Notes: generated from the sequence alone by a model not told the origin. 45,614 nt of DNA from a virus (IMGVR_UViG_3300005137_000013:1-45614); one strand, 5' to 3'; positions 16,327 to 24,089 are shown, numbered from the stretch's first letter. Made by a program: numbers and translations.

Positions 16327-17315
16327 AGGCGTTAAGTCTGTTCAGCGGCATCGGTGGTATTGACTTGGCGTGTGAATGGGCCGGCATACAGACTGTAGCT
16401 TTCTGCGAAATCGAGCCGTTTTGTCAAAAGGTACTTCAAAAACATTGGCCACACATTCCAGTCTTTGACGACATCTGCAAATTAACCAAAGCCGAACTGG
16501 CAGCGAAAGGAGTGATCGACGATGTTCCCAACGGAAGTAGAACAATTGACATTATTTCCGGCGGGTACCCTTGACCATGCCAGCCTTTTAGTTACGCCGG
16601 GAAGCGACGAGGCGCGGAAGATGACCGCCACCTCTGGCCGGAAGTTAAGCGAATACTTGAGGAGATCAGACCCCGTTGGTTTGTTGGCGAGAATGTTGCT
16701 GGACACGTCACTTTGGGGCTCGACGACGTCCTTGCTGACCTGGAAAGCATCGGCTACACCGCGCAGGCGTTTGTTATTCCGGCTTGTGCCGTCGGTGCCC
16801 CGCACAGACGAGATCGAGTCTTTGTTGTGGCGCACGCCTCATGCGAATTGCTACACGGGAGCCAGGGAGTATGGAGAAGGCTGGATGAACATTCAGACAG
16901 CGGTGAAGATGTGGCCGACTCCACGATCGAGCGATGGAGAACACGGAGGACCGAATCAACGGGACAGCAGGGGGAACTATGCACTTCCAGGTGCGGTTCA
17001 TCATTCTCAAAGCGAACTAGCGGGCCAACTCAATCCGGAATGGGTGGAAGTGCTCATGAACTTTCCGCCGGGTTGGACGGAGGTATGAACCCGCTGGACG
17101 CACTGGCGGACTTCATCGCTTCTTATCCGCAACCGGCGCTGTTGGGACAACCGCAATACGATTGGGAACCGCCGCGGGTGGCAATCGGCGTAAAGAATCG
17201 AGTAGCGCGGCTGAAAGCGCTTGGAAATGCAGTTGATCCGTTGCAGATATTCCCGATCATGTATGCGATCAAGACCATAGATGACTTGTTGAATTGCGAG
17301 AAGGTGACGGCATGA
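16323..17315 (+). CDS. C5 cytosine DNA methyltransferase alpha chain (motifs I-VIII and X), with an in-frame TGA at 16572-16574
   Basis: SLFSGIGG (I), GGYP*PCQPFS (IV), ENV (VI), PHRRDRVF (VIII), LKALGNAV (X), all in one frame with a single internal stop. Confidence 0.85.
16522..17088 (+). CDS. Nested +1-frame MTase beta chain (carries motif IX)
   Basis: AAAGGAG RBS 9 nt before ATG; 188 codons open entirely inside the alpha gene; WPTP repeats; ends LNPEWVEVLMNFPPGWT (motif IX-like). Confidence 0.8.
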   Translation: MFPTEVEQLTLFPAGTLDHASLLVTPGSDEARKMTATSGRKLSEYLRRSDPVGLLARMLLDTSLWGSTTSLLTWKASATPRRRLLFRLVPSVPRTDEIESLLWRTPHANCYTGAREYGEGWMNIQTAVKMWPTPRSSDGEHGGPNQRDSRGNYALPGAVHHSQSELAGQLNPEWVEVLMNFPPGWTEV

Positions 17316-17641
17316 CCAAATACCGAGCCAGGAAAACCGTCGTGGACGGCATACGCTTCGACAGCAAAGCCGAAGCCATGTACTATCTCTATCTCAAAAG
17401 CGAGAAGCAGCAGGGGCGTATCAAAGAGATCGAGTTGCAACCGGAATTTGTGATCATCGACGAGTACGAGATCAACGGACGAAAGCAACGGGCTACGAAG
17501 TATGTCGCGGATTTCCGTGTGACGTATGCGGACGGACGGGTGGAGGTGATCGACGTAAAGGGCGTGAAAACGCCGGTGTACAAGCTGAAAAAGCGATTGG
17601 TGGAAAGTCGGTACGGAATCGAGATAAAGGAGATTAGTTAG
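17312..17641 (+). CDS. DUF1064 family PD-(D/E)xK nuclease-like protein
   Basis: KYRARKTVVDGIRFDSKAEA...LQPEF...YVADF...VIDVKG. Confidence 0.9.
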   Translation: MTKYRARKTVVDGIRFDSKAEAMYYLYLKSEKQQGRIKEIELQPEFVIIDEYEINGRKQRATKYVADFRVTYADGRVEVIDVKGVKTPVYKLKKRLVESRYGIEIKEIS

Positions 17642-17652
17642 GAGGATTGACC

Positions 17653-17838
17653 ATGATTAAACGATATGAACGTGTCGGCAAGGATTTTGTCGCAGTCAAT
17701 GAACACGAACGTGTGGTGGGCGTGATTCGTTCGGCACCTTTTGAACTGATCGATACGAAAAAGAAAATCAAACCGTTGCCGAATCTCCCGCCGTCGCTCA
17801 TGTTCGAGAACTATGACGGGCCGGATGGGGCGGCGTAA
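17653..17838 (+). CDS. Hypothetical protein
   Basis: AGGAGG RBS. Confidence 0.55.
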   Translation: MIKRYERVGKDFVAVNEHERVVGVIRSAPFELIDTKKKIKPLPNLPPSLMFENYDGPDGAA

Positions 17839-17972
17839 AACGTCACCAGACGCGCGTAATAGCACCTTAGAGGGCGAAAACACAAAACAGGTGTTATACC
17901 ATTCCCCGGAAACGATGCATCGTAAAATGCGGGGTTATACGCACAAAAAAACCTAACATGGAGGGTATAAAC

Positions 17973-18233
17973 ATGGGTTATTCACGCGATGAAATGGAAA
18001 CCACCTGCAGCTATGATTACCTGACTAAAACTTGGACGGTATACACGACCGTTCCGACACACATCACGAAACTGTCGAAACTGGCAGAGCCGATATGGAA
18101 GGAGGAGGAACCGGACGTACATGGAAACCCTCGCATTATCGCCGGAAAGTGGAAGTTGAGCAGGAGCCAAGTCCGATTTGCCAAGCTGATCGAGCGGCAG
18201 GAAGATGAAGACGATCAGGAAGAAAGTGCCTAA
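17973..18233 (+). CDS. Hypothetical phage protein
   Basis: GGAGG RBS; YSRDEMETT...WTVYTTVPTHITKL. Confidence 0.65.
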   Translation: MGYSRDEMETTCSYDYLTKTWTVYTTVPTHITKLSKLAEPIWKEEEPDVHGNPRIIAGKWKLSRSQVRFAKLIERQEDEDDQEESA

Positions 18234-18338
18234 TCTTTTATCATACCACGTAAACAGGTGCAAAGACTATCAATATGTGGTATGATATAAGTATTAACTA
18301 TCATGAAACGGAATTTTATAGGATGGGGGTATAAAAGC

Positions 18339-19403
18339 ATGACCTTGAACTTTAACGAAGCGGTTGCGCTGGGACTGCCGGAACTGTACCGGCGCAGGGA
18401 CGAACTCGCGGGCCAAGAGGATTTTGACCGGGGACTTTACAACGTGATCACGAACGCGATTTCTCATTTGGAGGCATTGGAAGGGACGAAGCAGGAGGCG
18501 GAGGAACGGAAGCAATTGACGGAGGAACAGAAACAGAATTTCAGGCTACCGAAAGACTACAACGATCTTTTCGATGATCACCGCGCAAACGATGAAATCC
18601 TGCGCCTTGTACAACAAACGATCGATCAGGTGTCCGAGTATTACGAAGGCATTCTCGTTGAAAAAGATCAGGAGAACGTGCAAGCAATTCGCGATCTGCA
18701 CGCGGGATATGAGGAGCAAATTTCACAGTTGCAGCGGCAGAACAAAGAGTTGCAGGCGATCGTGAGCGGTCAGAAAACGGAACTCAAAATTGCGAGCGAG
18801 ACGTATGAAAAGCTGTACCAGGAATACAATGAACTGAAATACGATCGTGAAGTCCTACTGCAACAGGTGGAATCGGCACGATCCGAACTTTCCGAGGCTC
18901 GCCGCGAACGCGATGACGCCGTACAAAAACGCGATGCGGCGATGCGCGAAGTGTCCGCACTCAAGGCACAGATTGACGAATTAGAGCAGCAATTGTCGGC
19001 GTACCAGAAGCCGAAGAAGACGAATTTCAGTTTGAACTTGTCGAGCGGCATTTCGGACGAACCGCGCATCAAGTCGCGCTTGGAAATCGCGATGGAACGT
19101 GCTGGAATCCAACTCCCCGCATTCAATACGTCGAATTATCGGGGTGATCAGCCGTCCGGCGAATCGTTTCGTGAAGAAAACGTGGAATCTGCTCAGCCTG
19201 CCGATGAAGTACGTAATGAGGCTGGGCAGGAGGTAGGCTTTCGTGTTCCCGACAATCAAGCATCTGCCGGGGTATCTGAGGAAACAGCGGGAAATGATCG
19301 AGGCTTGGGATTTGAGGCATGGGCGAAGGCGGAAATTGAGGCGTTGAAACGCAGGGTGGATCATCTGTACCGGATTTCCGGGCACAGTGAACCGGCAGCA
19401 TAG
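18339..19403 (+). CDS. Long coiled-coil protein of unknown function
   Basis: Heptad-rich central region, disordered acidic tail; AT-rich promoter-like sequence upstream. Confidence 0.7.
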   Translation: MTLNFNEAVALGLPELYRRRDELAGQEDFDRGLYNVITNAISHLEALEGTKQEAEERKQLTEEQKQNFRLPKDYNDLFDDHRANDEILRLVQQTIDQVSEYYEGILVEKDQENVQAIRDLHAGYEEQISQLQRQNKELQAIVSGQKTELKIASETYEKLYQEYNELKYDREVLLQQVESARSELSEARRERDDAVQKRDAAMREVSALKAQIDELEQQLSAYQKPKKTNFSLNLSSGISDEPRIKSRLEIAMERAGIQLPAFNTSNYRGDQPSGESFREENVESAQPADEVRNEAGQEVGFRVPDNQASAGVSEETAGNDRGLGFEAWAKAEIEALKRRVDHLYRISGHSEPAA

Positions 19404-19413
19404 GAGGGATCGC

Positions 19414-19824
19414 ATGAACAAAGCGATGGTTGTGGATCTGCTCAAAAATTTCCGGTGCTACGAATACGCGGCGATGAATTGCGGGCCGGCGGACGGTGCG
19501 ATGCCGTTGGTGATCTCCGAGCGAAAACGGAACCTGAACATGTGGGACAGGAGCCGGTATAACCGGATCGTGATTTTCATCCGCGGTGCCGTGGATCATT
19601 GTTTGAGTGATGATCAGCGAAAAATCATCACGCGTCGGTACTTAGACCGAAACCCGCAGTCGTTCAGTGAGATTGCCGTCGATATGTGTCGGGATCGCAA
19701 AACAGTATCCCGTTTGCACAATGACGCGATCAACCGGCTGAGCATTGCGCTGGAACCGCTGAGCGAGGATGAGACGGAGATCACGACGTTCCATCACATG
19801 TGGCAAGAAAAAATCCCCTCATGA
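19414..19824 (+). CDS. ArpU/RinA-like transcriptional regulator (sigma70 region 4-like HTH)
   Basis: LSDDQRKIITRRYL...SFSEIAVDMCRDRKTVSRLHNDAINRL. Confidence 0.8.
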   Translation: MNKAMVVDLLKNFRCYEYAAMNCGPADGAMPLVISERKRNLNMWDRSRYNRIVIFIRGAVDHCLSDDQRKIITRRYLDRNPQSFSEIAVDMCRDRKTVSRLHNDAINRLSIALEPLSEDETEITTFHHMWQEKIPS

Positions 19825-19841
19825 TGAGGGGGTTTTCTTTT
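19805..19841. terminator. Bidirectional intrinsic terminator containing both convergent stop codons
   Basis: AAGAAAAAAT-CCCCTCA-TGA-TGAGGGG-GTTTTCTTT. Confidence 0.75.
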
Positions 19842-20490
19842 CTTCCAGCTTGTCCAAATACGGCAGATGATATTTTTCCTCGGCGCGTTTTCTGGCTGCA
19901 GCAGCTTGCTCTATCGTTGGAAAAGTGCCAAGGTAGTAATTTTTTCCTTTAAGACAAATATAGGCAACATACGCATAACCCGATTTTCTTCGAACTCGCG
20001 AAACTCCTTTAACTCCAGAAGTATTGTTTTTTTGTAGTTTTTTTGTCAATGACGGAACAAATACACCCTCAATACGGAGATTCATTTCGTTGTATTCTTG
20101 TAATTCATATCCGCTGTCTTTCAATAAGCATCCACATGATTTTATAGCACCTTCTTTTAAGTGAACACCGTCGGCAATAGTTGTATTTCCGCATTCGCAT
20201 TGACAAACCCAAAAAACGTGACGGGATTTATAGGGTTTCGTCTCTGATTGTTTCACAACGGTTAATCTGCCAAAAACTTTTCCGGTTAAGTCGTCGGTGT
20301 TTGCTGCAAAACTTTTTTCTCGTTGATAGCATCCACAAGATTTTGTGTGACCAACACGCAAATTACTCATTGCGACAACGCGTTCGTTGCCGCAATCGCA
20401 TCGACACAACCATCGACGCGTATATCCTTTTCGCTCGACTTCTTTGATCACAACAAGACGGCCATAACGTTGACCTGTCAAGTCGATCAT
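19819..20490 (-). CDS. AP2-domain protein of the phage HNH/AP2 homing-endonuclease-associated family
   Basis: Two DLTG.x.GRL.V...W.C.C.CG...SCGC repeats plus NTSGVKGV...YLGTFPTIEQAAAARKRAE; lower GC. Confidence 0.85.
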   Translation of the reverse strand: MIDLTGQRYGRLVVIKEVERKGYTRRWLCRCDCGNERVVAMSNLRVGHTKSCGCYQREKSFAANTDDLTGKVFGRLTVVKQSETKPYKSRHVFWVCQCECGNTTIADGVHLKEGAIKSCGCLLKDSGYELQEYNEMNLRIEGVFVPSLTKKLQKNNTSGVKGVSRVRRKSGYAYVAYICLKGKNYYLGTFPTIEQAAAARKRAEEKYHLPYLDKLEEKKTPSS

Positions 20491-20496
20491 TTGACA

Positions 20497-20922
20497 TCAC
20501 CCGATACCGAAATGTTCAGCAACCGCCTTACGAAAATCGTCTCCACTTTTTTCGTCGCACCAAAACCTTTCTGCTGCGTCCACAATCGCCATAGCGGTAA
20601 GATCGTCAAGTTTGGAAAGTTTTTCGATCAGCGTTTTTCCATCCACGCCCCACTTTTCGTCCAACTCATCCATTTCAATCGAGTCTTGGACGCCGATCCA
20701 AAACCGGGTGCCGGAAGTTACATCGTGTAGCGTGCCGTTGAGGGCGTCCACGATGAGGCACGCTTCGTCGATCGTGAGTTTCACGCGGCGCAGGGCGCGC
20801 GCGTAAAGACCATAAAGACGTTCCAAGTCGCGGTTGACTATGGGTGCGCGCTGGGGCCCGCGTTTTGCGAGTTCCTCCAAAATGTGCGGTTGAAAGTTAA
20901 CGGATGTGGATTTGGTTGCCAT
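20497..20922 (-). CDS. Hypothetical protein (possible N-terminal RHH)
   Basis: AGGGAGG RBS; MATKSTSVNFQPHILEELAKRG...IVNRDLERLY. Confidence 0.7.
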   Translation of the reverse strand: MATKSTSVNFQPHILEELAKRGPQRAPIVNRDLERLYGLYARALRRVKLTIDEACLIVDALNGTLHDVTSGTRFWIGVQDSIEMDELDEKWGVDGKTLIEKLSKLDDLTAMAIVDAAERFWCDEKSGDDFRKAVAEHFGIG

Positions 20923-20946
20923 GGTTGAATCCTCCCTACAATTATT

Positions 20947-21028
20947 GCGGCTTCCCGCGACGCCCCGGAGGGCGTTTCGACCCGTAGCCACCGGGCCCAA
21001 AGGCGCTTTCGCGCTCGTCAGGCGGGGG
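20947..21028 (-). ncRNA. Type I hammerhead ribozyme with loop II pseudoknot and an extra inserted hairpin
   Basis: Minus strand: CCCGC CTGACGA [GCGC GAAA GCGC CTTTG] GGCCCG GTGGCTA CGGGTC GAAA CGCCC TCCG GGGCG TC/ GCGGG A AGCCGC. Core, stems I-III, GUC site and GUGGCU:AGCCGC pseudoknot are all present. Confidence 0.85.
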
Positions 21029-21263
21029 AATATGGATAACCGTATACGATTTCACACGGCCCGAGGACCGTTCCGTTTTTGCCGTAGTAGACGACGTGCG
21101 GTTTTCCATCGATAACGGTTTTGTAATCCTTGTGCATGTTCGCCCAATCATTGAGCGAGAGGATCGGAATGATTATTGCGTCCGTCCCGAAATACGATTC
21201 GGCCTCGTCGTATGTGTTGAACGCTTTAGTAATGACGCCGTTTTGCATGGTTGCGAATTTCAT
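21018..21263 (-). CDS. Hypothetical protein
   Basis: GGAGGGG RBS; its TGA stop is the UGA of the hammerhead core. Confidence 0.7.
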   Translation of the reverse strand: MKFATMQNGVITKAFNTYDEAESYFGTDAIIIPILSLNDWANMHKDYKTVIDGKPHVVYYGKNGTVLGPCEIVYGYPYSPA

Positions 21264-21502
21264 TGTTCAACCCCTCCAAAATACGCTTGTTCTATCTTAA
21301 TCAGCCGTTCCGTCAGGTTGATCGGCGCTGGCGGCTGGTAGTTTTTCAGTTCGGCGCATTTCCGCTCAAAATTGCGGGTGTCGCTGATCCGGAACGATAC
21401 GCCGTTAATGTGGCCGTAGTATTCGCCGAATACCTTGCGGATCGAAGTTTTTACACCGTGTTTTTCTGCGATCTTTTGTAGTTGGTCCATGTTCATGTTC
21501 AT
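21260..21502 (-). CDS. Hypothetical protein
   Basis: GGAGGGA RBS; MNMNMDQLQKIAEKHG...; coupled to the next gene. Confidence 0.65.
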   Translation of the reverse strand: MNMNMDQLQKIAEKHGVKTSIRKVFGEYYGHINGVSFRISDTRNFERKCAELKNYQPPAPINLTERLIKIEQAYFGGVEQ

Positions 21503-21602
21503 TCCCTCCAAATGTGTTATAATGGAGGGGAGAGCGGCCTGCGAAGTCACTCTCCCCGAAGCCTGCCAGTGTGTGAGACCGGCAGGCTTCAAAGTTTCCT
21601 GC

Positions 21603-21782
21603 TTATTCGTGCAAATAATCAAGGTAAAATTCGTCAAGATCGACTGCCTCAAAACCGTGCTCCCGACAAAACGCTTCCTCGTCGAAATTAACCAGCTCCA
21701 AGGCTTCTTCGATCGAGAGACTACGATTTGTCAAAACAGTACCGACCTCAATGTTTTCATAGTACACTTTTACTTTTGCCAT
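21603..21782 (-). CDS. Hypothetical acidic protein, 59 aa (not in ORF track)
   Basis: AAAGGGG RBS; MAKVKVYYENIEVGTVLTNRSLSIEEALELV... Confidence 0.7.
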   Translation of the reverse strand: MAKVKVYYENIEVGTVLTNRSLSIEEALELVNFDEEAFCREHGFEAVDLDEFYLDYLHE

Positions 21783-22201
21783 TTTGCATTTCCCCTTTCG
21801 CTAAGTAATTGCATGAGTTTTTCGTAATATTCGTCTTTGCTGAACTCCTCGTCAATGTAATAATGATCATACAGGTCAAATACTTCGGTCATGAAAGGTG
21901 CTGCATCAATTTCTGCAATCGTTCTCGTGCAAATCGCGAGGTCTTCCCAGTCCGGCCCTTCACCTACCTTTTCCCCTTCAAAAACGGTCACTTGTTTATC
22001 TTCGTAATCCTTGATCTTTGTGAGCAAGTTGTTTTCTGTCCAGTATTGGCGGAGTTTTTCTATACCATGCCCGTCGTCAACTTTGAAGCAACTGGCGCCG
22101 GCATGTTCGTCTTCCCTGAAATCGTCGTATCCCGCTGTGCTACGATGTTCCGACCCTTTCCATTCGCCTTTGAGGTCGATTCGGATGAATACGTTATTCA
22201 T
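21770..22201 (-). CDS. Hypothetical acidic protein, first gene of the counter-oriented operon
   Basis: AAAGGAG RBS; 143 aa. Confidence 0.7.
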   Translation of the reverse strand: MNNVFIRIDLKGEWKGSEHRSTAGYDDFREDEHAGASCFKVDDGHGIEKLRQYWTENNLLTKIKDYEDKQVTVFEGEKVGEGPDWEDLAICTRTIAEIDAAPFMTEVFDLYDHYYIDEEFSKDEYYEKLMQLLSERGNAKWQK

Positions 22202-22259
22202 TTTCGTTCGCTCCTTTCAGCCCGCCGCCCTATCGTCGGCTGTCGGCCTTGTTGACTTT

Positions 22260-22288
22260 ATATTATCACGGCGATAACACTATGTCAA
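22260..22288 (-). promoter_or_regulatory. SigA promoter of the leftward operon
   Basis: TTGACA-17-TAATAT on the minus strand. Confidence 0.7.
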
Positions 22289-22489
22289 TACGAACATAAT
22301 ACGAACATAATGTGACAATTATGTGAACAAATGTCCCATTTTTGCCCGCAAAATCATCAATTGACGTGCTATGATAGATATAACCGAATATGTGCGATAG
22401 AGAGCCGCAGACAGAGGCTTTTATTTTTGTTGAAGGAGGGAAGGGGATGGCAGAGTGAGCCGGCGGCATAACGAAAGGAGGGTCCAGGC

Positions 22490-22945
22490 ATGGAGATATA
22501 CGGAACATACGATGAACTGTGCAAGGAAATCGAGATATACGAGGAATGCCTTTCATCGTACAAGAGCGAACTGAGGAAATTAAGACGCATCATGCTGCGA
22601 AACGGCAGTCCCCGTATGAGGCTAGTCTCTCAAATTGACGGATTGCCGAAGGGACAAGGTGACAAAGAGCCGTTCATCAATTTAGCGCAAAGGTATCTGG
22701 ACATCGAAAACCGGATCAACGATATTGAAGACATACTGGATTTGAAGCGTGAAGCTAAAGCGCGTATTGAATTGAGATTGAACGGCCTTAAAGGGCTGGA
22801 TTATCAAATCGTATTCAAGCGCGACATTGAAGGCAAAACGTTGAAGCAAATTGCTGATGAACTGAAGTATAGTTACGATTGGATCAGGGAACGGAGCGCC
22901 AAGCTGAAACGCATCAAACCCACAACAAACCCACAAACCGCTTAA
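22490..22945 (+). CDS. RinA/ArpU-like late transcriptional activator
   Basis: LKGLDYQIVFKRDIEGKTLKQIADELKYSYDWIRERSAK; located just before the packaging genes. Confidence 0.8.
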   Translation: MEIYGTYDELCKEIEIYEECLSSYKSELRKLRRIMLRNGSPRMRLVSQIDGLPKGQGDKEPFINLAQRYLDIENRINDIEDILDLKREAKARIELRLNGLKGLDYQIVFKRDIEGKTLKQIADELKYSYDWIRERSAKLKRIKPTTNPQTA

Positions 22946-22991
22946 CATTTTTGTGTTATCATGATATCGGGTGATCCGTGCCTGGAACCCC

Positions 22992-23024
22992 AAGAGTCGC
23001 ACAAACTCGCGTGCGGCTCTTTTT
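22992..23024 (+). terminator. Intrinsic terminator
   Basis: AAGAGTCGCAC-loop-GTGCGGCTCTT-TTT. Confidence 0.75.
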
Positions 23025-23070
23025 GCTAAGAAAGGAAAAGTCGTCTCGTTGGAGAAATATTCATCGGGTG

Positions 23071-23397
23071 ATGAATATGAATTTTCGGGAATGGCTGATA
23101 GGTATTGCTGGAGTCATCATAGGGGCCGTAATCAATGAATTGATCAGGAAATTGATGAACGGCGATTTCTGGAGAGGGAAACGTGAACGAGACAAAAACT
23201 TGGTATTGGTTGCTTTGAAAGAAATAGACACGATATGGAGCACGGAAGAAATCCGTGATCGGGCGTTACCCAAAAAAGACGTGAAGTATGTCGAAGAATT
23301 GCTAATAGAACTGCAACGAACACATCCGATCCAAATTGTGATGAATTACATGGGCGAAGAACCAGAAAGATGTTGGACATACAAACGAGCGCCTTAA
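23071..23397 (+). CDS. Moron: small membrane protein
   Basis: N-terminal TM (WLIGIAGVIIGAVI); SigH-like promoter 23031-58; own terminator 23387-23414. Confidence 0.65.
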   Translation: MNMNFREWLIGIAGVIIGAVINELIRKLMNGDFWRGKRERDKNLVLVALKEIDTIWSTEEIRDRALPKKDVKYVEELLIELQRTHPIQIVMNYMGEEPERCWTYKRAP

Positions 23398-23433
23398 CGG
23401 GTGCTTTTTATTTTACACAAAGGCGTGGTAAGG

Positions 23434-23559
23434 ATGGTTTTCACGCCGCATTTCAAGCAAACGCTGATTTTGTTTGTGATATTGCTGCTGTTTGCAACCC
23501 TTTGGTGGTGGATGTGGCTTAGAGCGTATTTTCGGAGTAGGAAGGGGGATGATGATTAG
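23434..23559 (+). CDS. 41-aa single-pass membrane peptide (not in ORF track)
   Basis: MVFTPHFKQTLILFVILLLFATLWWWMWLRAYFRSRKGDDD. Confidence 0.5.
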   Translation: MVFTPHFKQTLILFVILLLFATLWWWMWLRAYFRSRKGDDD

Positions 23560-23560
23560 A

Positions 23561-24013
23561 ATGGCTGAGACAGTCACAAAAGTTGACGAATACCGTCCGA
23601 CAGCAAAAGAAAAAAGGCTTGTTGAAGCCATGTCGGACCCGAAAAACCGAAATTTGAACATAACGGAATTGTGTAAAGTCGCAGGGATCAGCCGGGAAGC
23701 CTATTATCAGATGATGCGCAAACCGGCGTTTGTAGAATATTACAAGCGAATACAGTATGAAGTAGTCAAAAGCAGTATCGCAAAAGTGTTGCAATCAACG
23801 ATCAAATTCGCGATAGAAAATCCGAAATGCCACCAGGACCGAAAAATGCTGCTCGAAATGAGCGGCATGTATACGCCGAAACAAGAAGTAGACACCAACA
23901 TCGGCAACAAAGACGGCAAACCGTTTGAGACAGCGCAGCACGTCGATTTGCGCGGACTGAGCGCGGCGGAACTGGCGCAGTTGGAAGCGATTTTGAGCAA
24001 GGCGCAGGAATAA
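23561..24013 (+). CDS. Terminase small subunit-like HTH protein
   Basis: NITELCKVAGISREAYYQMMRKPAF; C-terminal GKPFE...DLRGLSAAELAQL typical of TerS; upstream of TerL. Confidence 0.75.
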   Translation: MAETVTKVDEYRPTAKEKRLVEAMSDPKNRNLNITELCKVAGISREAYYQMMRKPAFVEYYKRIQYEVVKSSIAKVLQSTIKFAIENPKCHQDRKMLLEMSGMYTPKQEVDTNIGNKDGKPFETAQHVDLRGLSAAELAQLEAILSKAQE

Positions 24014-24089
24014 TATATAGAGAAAGAATTAGCCGAAACACAGAAACGCCGAAATCCCTTGAGCCGAAAGGGAAGTCAGGCGTTTTTTC

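Noticed and set aside
16569-16577. TGA as selenocysteine replacing the catalytic Cys
   Set aside because: The catalytic Pro-Cys is still present after the stop, so Sec insertion would give P-U-P-C; no clear SECIS hairpin follows.
21558-21590. Twister or other self-cleaving ribozyme
   Set aside because: Contains GCCGGTC but lacks the remaining conserved twister nucleotides and pseudoknot pairings; reported only as a structured spacer.
22291-22336. LexA boxes at the leftward operon promoter
   Set aside because: Two direct CGAACATAAT half-sites and one mismatched GAAC-N4-GTCC; no full consensus palindrome.
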